64,000 nucleotides of DNA, taken from positions 352,001 to 416,000 of the forward strand of contig OZ253555.1 of NCBI GenBank assembly GCA_965262725.1, given 5' to 3'. The DNA comes from Dehalococcoidia bacterium. GTDB taxonomy: Bacteria > Chloroflexota > Dehalococcoidia > UBA2979. A model generated the notes under the pieces. The model had not been told where the DNA came from. It searched no databases and saw nothing but the letters and a program-made list of their open reading frames with translations. The translations under genes were made by a program, and so were the position numbers. Below, one piece after another: positions 1 through 10,349 of this stretch (the stretch's first letter is position 1; the number at the start of each line of letters is the position of its first letter).

Positions 1-1009
1 GACCCTCGGATGCCCCTTCGCCAGGAACCCCCCGGCGGAGGGCTTCGAGTACGAGGCGAGACTTGCCGATTTCCGCCAACCCAACCAGGCGGCCTACGCT
101 CCGAGGCTGTCCGATCGCTACTCGCTCGCGCAGGAAAATGCCGATCTCGTCAAGGCGCCGGTCCTCCACCCAGGGCGAACCATCGTGTTCGGCGCGGTCG
201 GCCCAGTGGTGCCACGAGCGAAACGGGCCAAGGAGGCCGGGGCTCGCGCTCTCCAGGAGCGAGTGGGCAACCGCTGGATGAGCGTTGATCCATGCAGCAA
301 GCTGGCTAGCGTCCCGGAAGCGAACTCGGGCACCATGGATGTCCAATCCGGCGCGGAGGAGCGCGTCGAGCATCTTCTCTTCTCGCGCCGCGATCTGCTG
401 CTGCGTGTACGGGCGGGTGGACAGCATGATGTAGTGCCCCCCGCTCTCAAGGGCGGAGCGGATCATCGGTTTGACCTCTCCGGTTTTCGTGACCATCTCG
501 CGCCCTGCCGCTGCCGGCCCGATGCTCCCGGTCTTCAGCTGAAAGAGACAAAGTCGGCCGGGAAGGAAGGGAGTTCGCTCTTGTCGCTCCTCCCAGCTGA
601 TGCGCGCGTCCTCGCCTCCGTCGGGCGCATCAATGTTGTCCGTAACGTGAATACCATCAGCTGGAAGGCCTTGAGCGAGGGCTTCCGCGTGTAGCAGCAG
701 GCGCACGCACCTCTGAAGCTCCAGCTTCGACATGGTGGCCACGTGGTGGCTCGTCACCCCGAAGGGAAGAGGTCGAGAGACTGCGGGGTGTGACCGTCGG
801 TCGGGATACAACTTGCCGAGAGCCCCCGGATCTGCCTTGAGGAGAAGGAGCAAGTTCACGATCGCCGCTGATGGTGCCACCGTCCCCGTTTCGTACTTGG
901 CGAAGGCGTTCGGTCCCCCGCCGATCAGTTCGCCGGCCTCGCGTTGCGTTAGACCGAGGCTCTCCCGGACTACGCGGATCTCGTCAGGCTCAAGCGGCGC
1001 GGTGGGCAT
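1..1009 (-). CDS. N-terminal part (runs off window) of MqsA/XRE-like HTH + PD-(D/E)xK-like nuclease + P-loop NTPase fusion protein
   Basis: Not in the ORF track. Manual translation from ATG at 1009: MPTAPLEPDEIRVVRESLGLTQREAGELIGGGPNAFAKYETG (MqsA-type HTH), then IDAPDGGEDARI..FQLK (restriction-fold motif), then RLVGLAEIGKSRLVLEAL (Walker A-like). No stop seen before the window edge. Confidence 0.75.
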   Translation of the reverse strand, partial: MPTAPLEPDEIRVVRESLGLTQREAGELIGGGPNAFAKYETGTVAPSAAIVNLLLLLKADPGALGKLYPDRRSHPAVSRPLPFGVTSHHVATMSKLELQRCVRLLLHAEALAQGLPADGIHVTDNIDAPDGGEDARISWEERQERTPFLPGRLCLFQLKTGSIGPAAAGREMVTKTGEVKPMIRSALESGGHYIMLSTRPYTQQQIAAREEKMLDALLRAGLDIHGARVRFRDASQLAAWINAHPAVAHSLLESASPGLLGPFRSWHHWADRAEHDGSPWVEDRRLDEIGIFLRERVAIGQPRSVGRLVGLAEIGKSRLVLEALRRGVPGEGASEG

Positions 1010-1186
1010 CTGAACAATCCTGATACCATGATGGTGTAAACAACATTACATGACCCATGCTAGTCGGCTAGCCCCTCGACCGCAACCCCGACCTGCACTC
1101 GTCCGGGATTCCGGCCCGTCCGGAACTCGGTGTCAGTTGGCGCATGACCCTGGTGGCGCGGTCGCGGCGGGCGAGCACCCCCGACG

Positions 1187-1930
1187 TCAGCGGCGCCGCC
1201 GGCGCCGGCGCTTTCGCCATTCCTCCATCGTCTGCGCCCCCTTGCTGAGGTTGCACCTGGCACAAAGCGCCTGCAGGTTTTCGCGCGCATTGGTGCCGCC
1301 ACGGGCGATCGGCGTCATGTGGTCCACGTGGGCGGTGGCTACCGTGATGGGTCGGCGGCATCCGGGGCACCGTCCGCCCGTCTCGGCGACCAGGCGCGGC
1401 GCGTGGCGACGCAGCGGGGCTCGATCGGTGGAGCTGGCGATGCACGCCTCGCACCTCGGCGCTCTCAGGCGGTCGGGGTGGAACAGGTACAGCCCGCACT
1501 TCTGGCAGCGGTAGCGGTACATGAGGGGCGGGAGCGGCAGGCGCAGCTCCTTGCTCGCCACGTGGCGATCGTAGAGGTGACGGACCGAGCGATTGCCCAC
1601 CCACCGACGCCCCGCCTCGAGCATCGCCAGGTAGCGCCGACACTTCACGCACGGCTCATGCGGCACGGGGTCGCCGGCGAAGCGCCGTGTTGGTGCGTCC
1701 TCGGGGCGGTAGGTATCCAGGCGACCGAGGATCACGCTAGGCCAGCCCGCAGGAGGTGGAGACGGCACGCCCCAGGCGCGCAACTGGGTTCGTGAGTAGC
1801 CACCTCGGGCCGTGCGGCCGGCGCGCAGCCCGTCCCCGGTGACGCGAGCTGCCGCCCATCCCCACCACGTGGGGGAGCGCTGCTCGTCAGTCAGTGGCAT
1901 CGTCTGCACCCGACCCACCCAATGTCTCAC
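1187..1930 (-). CDS. HNH endonuclease domain protein
   Basis: CPGC...HVDHMTPIARGGTNARENLQALCARCNLSKG; start uncertain. Confidence 0.75.
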   Translation of the reverse strand: MRHWVGRVQTMPLTDEQRSPTWWGWAAARVTGDGLRAGRTARGGYSRTQLRAWGVPSPPPAGWPSVILGRLDTYRPEDAPTRRFAGDPVPHEPCVKCRRYLAMLEAGRRWVGNRSVRHLYDRHVASKELRLPLPPLMYRYRCQKCGLYLFHPDRLRAPRCEACIASSTDRAPLRRHAPRLVAETGGRCPGCRRPITVATAHVDHMTPIARGGTNARENLQALCARCNLSKGAQTMEEWRKRRRRRRR

Positions 1931-2127
1931 CTGTCATGGCGAGCCTTACGATCGCGGTGGCACGCCCAGCTCGGCCAGCAACCTCCCGATGAGGCGGTCA
2001 GGGCCAGCAGCTTGTCGCCGGCGTGCGCTCGTCCTGCTGCTTCGGGGCCAGTTAGTGCTTCGCTCCTATTTCCGCACGTTCGATATCGGGCATCCCTAGG
2101 CTCGCTGGTCGACCCCGTCTACGCTGT

Positions 2128-2694
2128 TCAAGCGTCGGTTGAGTCGCTGGCGAGTATCGGGGCGCCAGATCTGCCCCGGTCCCATTGGTAGATCGGCGAT
2201 GCGTGCGAGCCTCGGGCATCAGTCCAGCCGATCTTCATGAGAGAGTGGTCCGAGACGTGCAAGTCCCCTGGTACGGGCGGGTGGAATTCATACTCGGCGA
2301 AGGAAAACGAGCCGAGTCCCTCGAGGCGCTCGCGGTAGAACACACCGCCCTTGTCGCCTTGGCGGTATGCCACCGAAATGTTGGTGGCCTCACCCCGCCC
2401 GGTGTTCTGGACCAATATCCAGAAGGGGGGGATCCCCCACATTCGCCCCGCCGTCCCTTCGGATGTGCGCGCCCGCTCCCGATGCGCAATAATGAGATTC
2501 GCGAGTCCTTCTTCTGCCCGACGGGCGTGCTCGATCTTCACGAGCTCTGCGGTCGCATTGGCCATCTCTCTCGTAGCGGATGCCATACCGCTGGTCTTCC
2601 AGGCCAACCAACCGGTGGCAATCGCAAGCAAGGCCGTCACCACGGCAAGGACGAGAGTGCCGATCGCAGTCCAGTCCCCGGCTAGATCATCCAT
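2128..2694 (-). CDS. hypothetical protein with N-terminal TM helix
   Basis: MDDLAGDWTAIGTLVLAVVTALLAIATGWLAW hydrophobic helix, later VQNTGRGEATNI. Confidence 0.6.
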   Translation of the reverse strand: MDDLAGDWTAIGTLVLAVVTALLAIATGWLAWKTSGMASATREMANATAELVKIEHARRAEEGLANLIIAHRERARTSEGTAGRMWGIPPFWILVQNTGRGEATNISVAYRQGDKGGVFYRERLEGLGSFSFAEYEFHPPVPGDLHVSDHSLMKIGWTDARGSHASPIYQWDRGRSGAPILASDSTDA

Positions 2695-2914
2695 CGGTAC
2701 AAGATAGACGACCCATACCTTTGAGGCCCCATGCGCGCGGGTAGCGCCGTCACCGCAACGCTGCGGTGCGGCGCCGGCACCTCCGAAGAACAACGGTAGC
2801 CCACTCCGGGCGGCTGTCCTGAGAACACAGCCAGCCGGGGGCTCGCCCGCGACCGCATGAGAGGATACTCGCCTCCCAGCCCGTACCCTCTCGTCACACC
2901 GGATCCCACCGAAC

Positions 2915-2935
2915 ATGGCCACAACTTGGCCACAA
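2915..2935. repeat. 11-bp tandem direct repeat ATGGCCACAACTTGGCCACAA, identical copy at 13883-13903; putative integrase arm-type site
   Basis: Exact 21-bp match between the two loci; function inferred. Confidence 0.6.
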
Positions 2936-3196
2936 GATCGGCCCACGCGCAGCCTTCACGGGGGTGGTCGGCTAAGGGCACGCGGTGGACCACACCGGGC
3001 GTGACCATGCAGAGCCTGGGGCTCCGAGCGATGTCGCTTGAGCTGCGTAACGCACGCATCTGAAGCCCGCCGAGCGCGGCGTCCATCTACGCGGCAACCC
3101 GGCGCAGCGGCTCGGCCGCGACTCTGGACGTGGGTATCGGGCTCGCGCCTCCGAAGGTTTCTCCAGCCCTCCGCGAAAGAGCGAACCAACGAGGGC

Positions 3197-3238
3197 AATG
3201 ACCCTGGCGAAGTGGCACATAGACCCTGGCGATTCACA
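3197..3238. mobile_element. solo IS21-family terminal remnant related to the IS21 at 58129-60732
   Basis: AATGACCCTGGCGAAGTGG..ATAGACCCTGGCGATTCACA matches the end at 60658-60732, finishing in CA. Confidence 0.7.
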
Positions 3239-3257
3239 TGATGGCTCCAAAATTCTG

Positions 3258-4851
3258 GGGCGCTAAGCTCGATCCTGTCCGATCCCATGCGGTCCCTCTG
3301 AGTGCCGACCAATCCTGTTCGCTCGGCCAATGCCGAGGCTGGTGTTGTCTTCTGTACCGGCTCGTCCCAGGCAGTACCACCCAACATGTACAAGATGTAC
3401 CCACTGCAGCGGAGCTGACCGGCCTGACGGGACCCCTTCGTGAGACCGAAGCCGAACCGCGTGAAATTGCCCCGCTGAGCACGTCCGCGTAATGCCGGGC
3501 GACGCAGCCATGCAACGCAGTGTCTCGTTCACTATCGAGAGGCCGGTCCTGAGCTGGCCACGCCAATACTCCCGAGGGAGGCGGGCGCGTTCGTGCACAC
3601 GCTGAAGAGGCAGACCGCTTCGCGCAGGACGACGTCGCGGGCGCTCCAGTTGAATCGTTCGAGCGCGGCGAAGCGGAAGTCATCGTAAATACGTCCCCGC
3701 CGCCTCCGTACGCACGCTCGACGATCTTGCCCGTGAGTCTCCGCAGGCGGGCCGCTGGGCGGCTTTGCGGTCGCCCGGAGACGCGGCCGGGACCGGCCTC
3801 ATTCGGCTGAGGCGCGTCTTTGCACGGGCCGATCACGTAGACTCACTGACATGCCATCGAGGCAGCATGAGCAGTGGAAAGGCGCGTTCCTAGACTTGCT
3901 CCTTCGGAAGCTGACGCCCTGCGCCTACTGCTCGCTCGGGCTTCGTGACAACCATCCCCCGTGGCACCTCTACGAAGAGCGCTCGATCGCCTCCCAGTTC
4001 ATCACGTGGAGGTGTCGTTCCGGCGGACACGACCACATCTTCGACCTGCTCGACGGAGCCGTCCGCGCCGTTGCCGAACGGCGGCTGTCACGGGCGCAGG
4101 GGGGTTACTGCGTGCCCGACATCACGATGCTCGACGCGCGCGACGAGCCAACGGCGCTGCTCGAGGTCGAGCACACCCATGCGCCGGAGCGCTCGCTCAT
4201 CGCCGCCGGGGAGCGCGACATCCCGCTCTTCGTGGTGTCCGCCCCGGCGGACTGGCTGCTCGAGCCCGGCTTCGCTCCGCCCGAAGCCTGGGGCCACACA
4301 GCCGAGGATCGCGCGCTGCGCGAGGGGGCGGACGCGTTCAACCGTTCACCGGGCAGCGACCTCAGCCGCCGCTTCACGTACTCCACCGTCGACGAGGATG
4401 ACGGCCACCTCGCCTCCGGTCGCTACGTCGGCTCCGCGCCCGGCCCCGGCGACCGGCCCCCGTTGCATGGCCACGCGATCCAGGCCCGAAGCTGCTCGTG
4501 GTCGTGTGATCGCGCGCACGAGGCCCTGAAGCGGCAGTGGCCCGGGCACTAGGCGCGGGAGCCTCGGCAGAAGGGCGGCGGGGCTCATTCTCAATGGAAA
4601 GACGTTCAGGCCCGATGGGGTCGCCTCGCTCCTTCTTCGCCGAGTTTGGGTCGGCTGGGACTACAGGGCGCGCGACCAAGGGCTCATGAGACCTCCAGAA
4701 TCGGTGCTGATTGGTCCCGGGACGTGTGACTTGGTCCCTCTCCAATCCTGAATCGAGCGGTCGCCGTCACGCCGCGTCCCCTGTCGTACCGCCCTGTGCC
4801 TCCGTGTTGATCCCCAAATTGATCCCCAATTATTGTCCTTCTTAGCAATTG
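3258..4851. repeat. ~1.6 kb direct repeat, copy 1 (copy 2 at 22542-24132)
   Basis: Colinear high similarity from GGGCGCTAAGCTCGATCC to CTTAGCAATTG. Confidence 0.92.
3851..4552 (+). CDS. hypothetical protein, probable PD-(D/E)xK nuclease fold (CoiA-like)
   Basis: VAERRL..VPDITML..LLEVEHTH; CxxC near the N-terminus; conserved in the duplicate. Confidence 0.6.
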   Translation: MPSRQHEQWKGAFLDLLLRKLTPCAYCSLGLRDNHPPWHLYEERSIASQFITWRCRSGGHDHIFDLLDGAVRAVAERRLSRAQGGYCVPDITMLDARDEPTALLEVEHTHAPERSLIAAGERDIPLFVVSAPADWLLEPGFAPPEAWGHTAEDRALREGADAFNRSPGSDLSRRFTYSTVDEDDGHLASGRYVGSAPGPGDRPPLHGHAIQARSCSWSCDRAHEALKRQWPGH

Positions 4852-5208
4852 CATCTTTTTGGCCAAGTGGGGTCGCCGACATCTTGGGGGCCCCAACGGC
4901 TTTTTTCGTTTCCGGACAGGCGTGCGGCGCAGCTCCCGGGTGAGACTCACGATGGCGGCTCGACGACGACAGCGGTCATCGCCCGCTCCTTCCCGCGCCG
5001 GTTCGTCGCTGCAGGCCTGGGCGAACAACACTGTGGGCCCGGGCGGGACCGGTCCGTTGGCGTGCAGTTCGCCTGAGCGGGCCCCCCAGAACGTGATGCG
5101 TGCTGCGGCGACATGCTAGCGCCGGATCACCAGCGGCTCCAGCGGGCCCGGCGCCCCCGCCGATGTCGAGCTGCGTCACGCGGCTCCGAGCGGCCCCTCG
5201 CGGACTGA

Positions 5209-5733
5209 CTAGCTGCGCTCTCGCAGGAAGACGATCAGATCCAGATCGCCGGGCGAACAACCCAACTGGGTCAGGCGGACGGCCGCCTCGGCGCGGTACT
5301 GGGTTCCGTGGTTGACAAGGTGCGCCACCAACTGATCGAGTTGCTGTTCGTTGGCGACTCCAGACTGGTTCCTGTACACGACGGTGCTTGTCGCTTCGTC
5401 GTCAGTCAGAGCCGAGGCGAATTGGTGTTGCCTGGATTCCTCTTCGCGCCACGCCCCCACAAGTGCCTGGAATGTCGGAAGCTCGGTCTCCGCCAACTGA
5501 TCTGACCGTCGTGCATCGGCGAGCTCGTCCGGCGGCAGACGACCCTCCCAGCGCGCGAGCCACACGATCTCGGAGACGACGATGTGTACAAGCGTCGCAT
5601 GCAGACTGCCGAAGCTCAGTCCGTCGGCCCGCGCAAAGTAGTCCGGGTCGCTCGTCTCCGCGGAGCGGTCGATAATCAGCTTGTTCGCCCAGCGGTTGTA
5701 GTCGAGTAGCAGTCGAAGATGGTCAGCAGTCAC
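5209..5733 (-). CDS. DinB/YfiT family protein
   Basis: LLDYNRWAN..FGSLHATLVHI..HLVNHGTQYRAE..PGDLDLIVF; GTG start at 5733. Confidence 0.85.
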   Translation of the reverse strand: MTADHLRLLLDYNRWANKLIIDRSAETSDPDYFARADGLSFGSLHATLVHIVVSEIVWLARWEGRLPPDELADARRSDQLAETELPTFQALVGAWREEESRQHQFASALTDDEATSTVVYRNQSGVANEQQLDQLVAHLVNHGTQYRAEAAVRLTQLGCSPGDLDLIVFLRERS

Positions 5734-5865
5734 TCGGGGAGTCTGTCCGCTCGCTGCGACTTGCGCAATCGTGTGCAGCCAAGATGAGACGGCGCCCGCC
5801 AGCGTCGGGGCGAGATCACGAAGACGGGCAACAACCACGTGCAAATGGCGCGGCGTGTCGGCGCC

Positions 5866-6390
5866 CACGAGCAGCGGGTGCTGGACGAGGAGGAGCTGGG
5901 TGCGCTCCTGCGACAGGTCGACGGGACGGCGCACGATGCACCGATCCGGCTGACGCTCGCGACCGGCCCGCGCCAGGGTGAGCTGCTGGCGCTCCGCTGG
6001 GAGGATGTCGAACTCCGCCGCGGCGAGCTGACCGTCAATCGCAACGCTACAGGTCCTCCCCGCGGAGGGCGTCCGCTTCCGGCCGCCCAAGACGCCGAAC
6101 GCGCGCCGCACGATCGAACTCTCGGCCGCGACGGCCGCGCTGCTGGAGCGGCACCGGCGGGCGCAGGGGCGGCAGAGGCTCCGCGCCGGATCCTCTTGGC
6201 GCGACCGGGGGCTCCCCTTTCCGTCGCAGGTCGGCACGCCCTGGCTGCCGCGGAACTTCTACCGCGGCTACAGGGCCCACGTCGCGGGGGCCGGGATTGC
6301 GAGGCCCAAGGCGGTCGTGTGGCACACGCTTGGCCACACCGCTGCCACGCACTGGATCAAGACCGGCGTGGAGATCCACGTCGTGAGCCA
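5866..6390 (+). pseudogene. tyrosine recombinase/integrase catalytic-domain fragment, frameshifted
   Basis: TLATGPRQGELLALRWEDV, frameshift near 6050, then PKTPNARRTIEL..WHTLGHTAATHWIKTGVEIHVVS; both ends missing. Confidence 0.85.
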
Positions 6391-6673
6391 ACCCCGGCCC
6401 ATCCCAGCTCCGTGGTTTCTCGACGAATCGCTGCACTCGGTCTTGGTCGTCGATCACAAGGGCTCCGCCCGCCGCGGATGTCGCGGCTGCGAGCGGCCCC
6501 CGCTCGCTCCCGTCGCCCGGCCCGCACCTGCTCGCACCCCTCCGACCGTGCGCAGCCCGCAGAGTGCGGCCGGCCGCCGAGCGGCGTAGCGCCGGCCTCG
6601 GCGCGCCCCGCTCCGTGGCCCGCGGGTGCGCCGCGCGCTACGGTGCGCGGGCACACGTGGGACGGAGAGGCGC

Positions 6674-7489
6674 ATGGCCCTGGAGCCGACCTTCGAGCGA
6701 GACGGCGACCGGATCATCCCGGGCGAGGCGGCCCGCGGGCCGTGGAGTCGCGAGACGGTAGGCGGCGGCCAGCTCACCTCGCTGCTCGCCTCGGGCGTCG
6801 AACGCCACGCCGACGACGACCTGCACCCCGCGCGCATCACCTTCGATCTCTTCCGCGCCGCACCGTGGGCGCCGCTCGCGCTCACGACGCACGTCGTCCG
6901 CGACGGGTGGCGCATCCGCGTCGTCGACGTCTCGCTCCAGCACGAGGGCGTCGAGGTCGCTCGCGCGTCGGGGCTGCTGATACGCCGCTCGCAGGAGCCG
7001 CCGGGCCAGGTCGCGCAGCCGCCCTCGAACGCGATGCCCGCGCCCGAGGGCTTCGAGCCGGACCTGCCGTTGGACCCGAAGGCCAAGCGCGACCCGCGCG
7101 CGGGCGAGAGCCGCAGCGTGCGCCGCACCGGCGGCGCGGAGCCCGCGATCCGCTGGATACGCCGCAGCGCGCCGCTGCTCCCCGATCACGAGCTCACGGC
7201 GCTGGAGCGCGTGGCGGCGGCGGCCGACGCCGCGAGTCCCGTCTCGAACCGCAGCGACGAGGGGCTCTACTTCGTCAACCCGGATTCGACGCTGCTGCTG
7301 CACCGCCTGCCCGTGGGCGAGTGGATCTGCGTGGAGACGGTCGCACGCGGCGCCGCGGACGGCGTCTCCGTGGCGACCTGCATGCTGCACGACACCTCGG
7401 GCCCTATCGGCAGCGCGACGGTGGCCGGCGTGGCGACCGCGCTCAACGAGCTGATCGGCCGCCGCGCCTCGCACGCCCCCGGCGCCTGA
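6674..7489 (+). CDS. acyl-CoA thioesterase family (double hotdog) protein
   Basis: ARGPWS..VGGGQL..RITFDLFR..ERVAAAAD..FVNPDSTLLLHRLPVGEW; GGAGAGG RBS. Confidence 0.8.
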   Translation: MALEPTFERDGDRIIPGEAARGPWSRETVGGGQLTSLLASGVERHADDDLHPARITFDLFRAAPWAPLALTTHVVRDGWRIRVVDVSLQHEGVEVARASGLLIRRSQEPPGQVAQPPSNAMPAPEGFEPDLPLDPKAKRDPRAGESRSVRRTGGAEPAIRWIRRSAPLLPDHELTALERVAAAADAASPVSNRSDEGLYFVNPDSTLLLHRLPVGEWICVETVARGAADGVSVATCMLHDTSGPIGSATVAGVATALNELIGRRASHAPGA

Positions 7490-7727
7490 GCGCGCCCACC
7501 CGCGCCACCTCGACAGGCCGCGGAGCACCGGGCTGCGGCGGGTGCCGGCGCGCGCGCCGGGCGGCGAGCTGCACCGAGGCAGCCCCCCGATGCTGCGGCG
7601 CCGCGTCGGCACCTACGGTGGATCGCCAACGGCTGGAGGCTCGCGTGCGCCGTCGACCGTCACCGCCTCGCCGCGGCGCGGCCCCGCTCGAGGCGCGCCG
7701 GGCGGGCGCCGCCATGGGGCGTCGGCG

Positions 7728-8260
7728 GTGAGCCGGCAGCGCTGGCGCTCGCGCGCGGGCGACGACGCCGGCGGCGTGGGAGCGCGCCCCGTGGCGATGG
7801 GCGCGACGGCGGCGGACGGGCGGTGGCTCCGGCGCATCGCGGTCGCGACGCCGGACCTGGTGCGCCAGGCGCTGCCGTGGCTGCTCGCCGCGGTCGCGCT
7901 CGCGGCCGTCGCCGCCTACATCGTGAGCAGCCTGACGAGCCTCCGTCACACCGCGCGCGTCGCCGCCGAGCTCGGCGACGTGCGCGCGGCGGGCGCGCTG
8001 ACGATCGGCGCCGCCTTCACCCCGATCGAGTTCGGCGGCGGCGAGGGCGCGGTGCGCGCGACCTCGGGCGCGGCGCTGCAGCGTCTGGAGGAGACACGGC
8101 CCGAGGTCGAGGCGCTCCTCGGCCCGGCCACCGCCGAAGAGCGGCTGCGCGCCGTGGAGCCGTCGCTCGTCGATCTGCGTGACGGACTGATCGCGCTCGA
8201 TGGAGACGGCGACGCGTTCGTCCAGAGCGGGGCGGCGGTCGCGTTCGTCTCGTTCACGTC
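7728..8260 (+). pseudogene. membrane protein N-terminal fragment
   Basis: TM helix LPWLLAAVALAAVAAYIV with GC-rich codon bias that ends abruptly near 8260. Confidence 0.35.
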
Positions 8261-8292
8261 ACAGGTGTCCGCTCCATGCCAGCCGGATCATG

Positions 8293-9126
8293 TCAGTCAT
8301 GATCACTGTGTCGATGCCCTTCTCTCCTCCACACAATGCGCATACGCGTTCGGCGTACGTACAGAAGACCCAGTGCAGCCAGGGCGATCGCCCCGGCCAC
8401 TAGGCCCATCGCCCAACGCCTAACAGGGGGATCGGGCGATGTCGCCTCGTCCGGCACAGGGGGATTGGGCGACAGCGCCTCTCCCGGCGCAGGAGGGTCA
8501 GGCGGTGTCGCCTCTCCCGGCACAGAAGTGACCAACCCGGCTTCGGGCAACCGACCCTCGCCCAGCACATCGATGTCCGCCTGAGCGTCTTGAAGTCTCC
8601 CTGGCCGCGAGCAAGCGTTGGTCGCCAGGCTGCCCGTTAGCGTGCTACTCCCAGTATCGTCTTCCGCGATCCGATACGCGTACACAAGATATTGGCCGCC
8701 CTCGCGAAAGTTGGCAGTGCACGAAGTCGTAGGATCCACCAGAAAGATCGTTGAGAATGGCTCTCCCTTCCACACGCGAGAGACCCGTAGCTCAACCACG
8801 CGATAGTAACCGGCCGCAGGATCATAGGACCCGACCGGATCGCTCATATTCACTACGCGTCCGGCGAACACGGCGGCCGAGCGCGCGAGCATGTCCTCTG
8901 CGGATGGGAATTCCTTGCAGAGGCACGCAGACGCACGCTCGGGCGTCCAGAACAGTGCGAGGCTGAGGAGCAGCGCCACGGCTGCGAGACGCACCAACCA
9001 CGTGCACCTGGGAGGCACCGTACACACGGCCGGCAGCCTTGGGCGGTGCGCCCGAGACGCCGCCAGGGTCGCGATCAACGCGAGCCGCCGCGAGGTCGCG
9101 ACGATGAGAGCGCCCCGCAGCATCAT
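8293..9126 (-). CDS. secreted/membrane-anchored TIMP/NTR-like protein
   Basis: Signal peptide then ASA-CLC..AVFAGRVV..VSRVWKG..SC..GGQYLVYA..C; Pro-rich linker and C-terminal TM; start uncertain. Confidence 0.65.
   Translation of the reverse strand: MMLRGALIVATSRRLALIATLAASRAHRPRLPAVCTVPPRCTWLVRLAAVALLLSLALFWTPERASACLCKEFPSAEDMLARSAAVFAGRVVNMSDPVGSYDPAAGYYRVVELRVSRVWKGEPFSTIFLVDPTTSCTANFREGGQYLVYAYRIAEDDTGSSTLTGSLATNACSRPGRLQDAQADIDVLGEGRLPEAGLVTSVPGEATPPDPPAPGEALSPNPPVPDEATSPDPPVRRWAMGLVAGAIALAALGLLYVRRTRMRIVWRREGHRHSDHD
8423..8521. repeat. 3 x 33-bp imperfect tandem repeat encoding a Pro-rich linker
   Basis: GEATPPDPPAP / GEALSPNPPVP / DEATSPDPPV. Confidence 0.75.
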
Positions 9127-9404
9127 TGCCGTAGCCTACATCGCACCTCGCAAGGCGTGACCCAATGAGGAACTGCGTAACGCCTGCTACTGGGTGCGAA
9201 ATGGATCCAATCCATGCCCAGTTTGGCGATCGTTACTTCCGCACGGAACTTGAGCACGTCCCGTGTGCAACATCGATCGCCTGCTCGGAACATCGGTCGG
9301 ACTCGGGCTCAAGACTGGCGGCCCTTGGGCAGCACGAGAGGGCCGGCTGCGTTTGGGGACTGCTGTGGCAGCGACGCGCAGGGCACAGGGAGCGAGCCAC
9401 TGGT

Positions 9405-9475
9405 GCGCCGCCGGGACGCACTGGATCAAGGCCGGCGTGCCGGTGACAGCGCGCCGGCGACCGGTTGCTCATCGC
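9405..9475 (+). pseudogene. very short tyrosine integrase remnant
   Basis: AAGTHWIKAGVPV resembles AATHWIKTGVEI at ~6340; lies next to the tRNA-Ala remnant. Confidence 0.5.
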
Positions 9476-9586
9476 CGGGTCGAGGATGGCAGGGGGCAAC
9501 GAGCCATGCCAGCGCTGCCGGTCTTCGCGATCTCGGACGCTACTGGGACCGCAGTGAGAATATAAGGGGGCAGGCGATCTAGCATT

Positions 9587-9633
9587 TGGTGGACCTGAGG
9601 GGGCTCGAACCCCTGACCTCCACACTGCCAGTG
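9587..9633 (-). other. 3' half of tRNA-Ala(GGC), att-site remnant
   Basis: Reverse complement CTGGCAGTGTGGAGGTCAGGGGTTCGAGCCCCCTCAGGTCCACCA: anticodon loop, T arm, U70-C-C-A73-CCA; no D arm or 5' acceptor strand. Confidence 0.9.
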
Positions 9634-9814
9634 GGCTAGGCTCGATCCCGTCGCGTTTCCCCACATCCCGCCATGGGGAGTTTCGTACCTGCGCATTGGG
9701 GTATCCCGGCGCTCTGGACGCGTCTCATCCCGGGACAACCCGTCACGTACCATGAAACATGGCCCAAAGATGGCCCAAACGCCCCGCGAGCGCGGCTGCC
9801 GAGTTCGCCGTGGA

Positions 9815-9859
9815 CTGTCACGGTGGAGATCGTCGGTTCGAATCCGATCGGGGTCGCCA
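9815..9859 (+). other. 3' half of tRNA-Asp(GTC), att-site remnant
   Basis: CTGTCACGGTGGAGATCGTCGGTTCGAATCCGATCGGGGTCGCCA; 5' half absent; tandem repeats on both sides (9759-9779, 9917-9938). Confidence 0.88.
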
Positions 9860-10349
9860 CCATCCAAACCTGAAACCGGGCTCTTGGACGCTGCGGGTCG
9901 TGCCGCGTGGGCTCCGTTGGGGCCATTTTGGGGCCATTCGCGCGATCAAGCGACCCGGTGGCCCGCTCTATCCCGAATCCGCCCCGAGCTGATTCCCAAT
10001 TGCTGGCTTCCTTAGCAATTGTGTCCCGGCCGGATTGCGGGCGCCGACCATGCGAGGTCCCAACGGTTTTTGAGTTTCGCCACTGCCGTACCAGTGGGTC
10101 CCTCCTTGGCCCACTTGGTCCCATTCTCCAACCTGAGACTGTGATCGCCGTCGTGTCCTGTCCCATGCGATCCCACCTGTTTCTGCGCAGTCCGGCCCCA
10201 ATTCGGCCCCAATTGTTCAGGCTCTGAGCAGTTTGCCACTGAGCAGGATGACAAGTGGAAGTTCCCGGTTCGGTCCCATGTCTTGAACCTGCCACGCGAC
10301 CGGACGTGCATCACCGCGCACACACCTCAGTGGCGAGCCGTTTCGCCGG

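Noticed and set aside
5839-7731. 630-aa ORF, and similar long Arg/Pro/Ala-rich ORFs such as 48135-50162 and 59052-60479
   Set aside because: These are shadow or off-frame ORFs typical of high-GC DNA and overlap better-supported genes.
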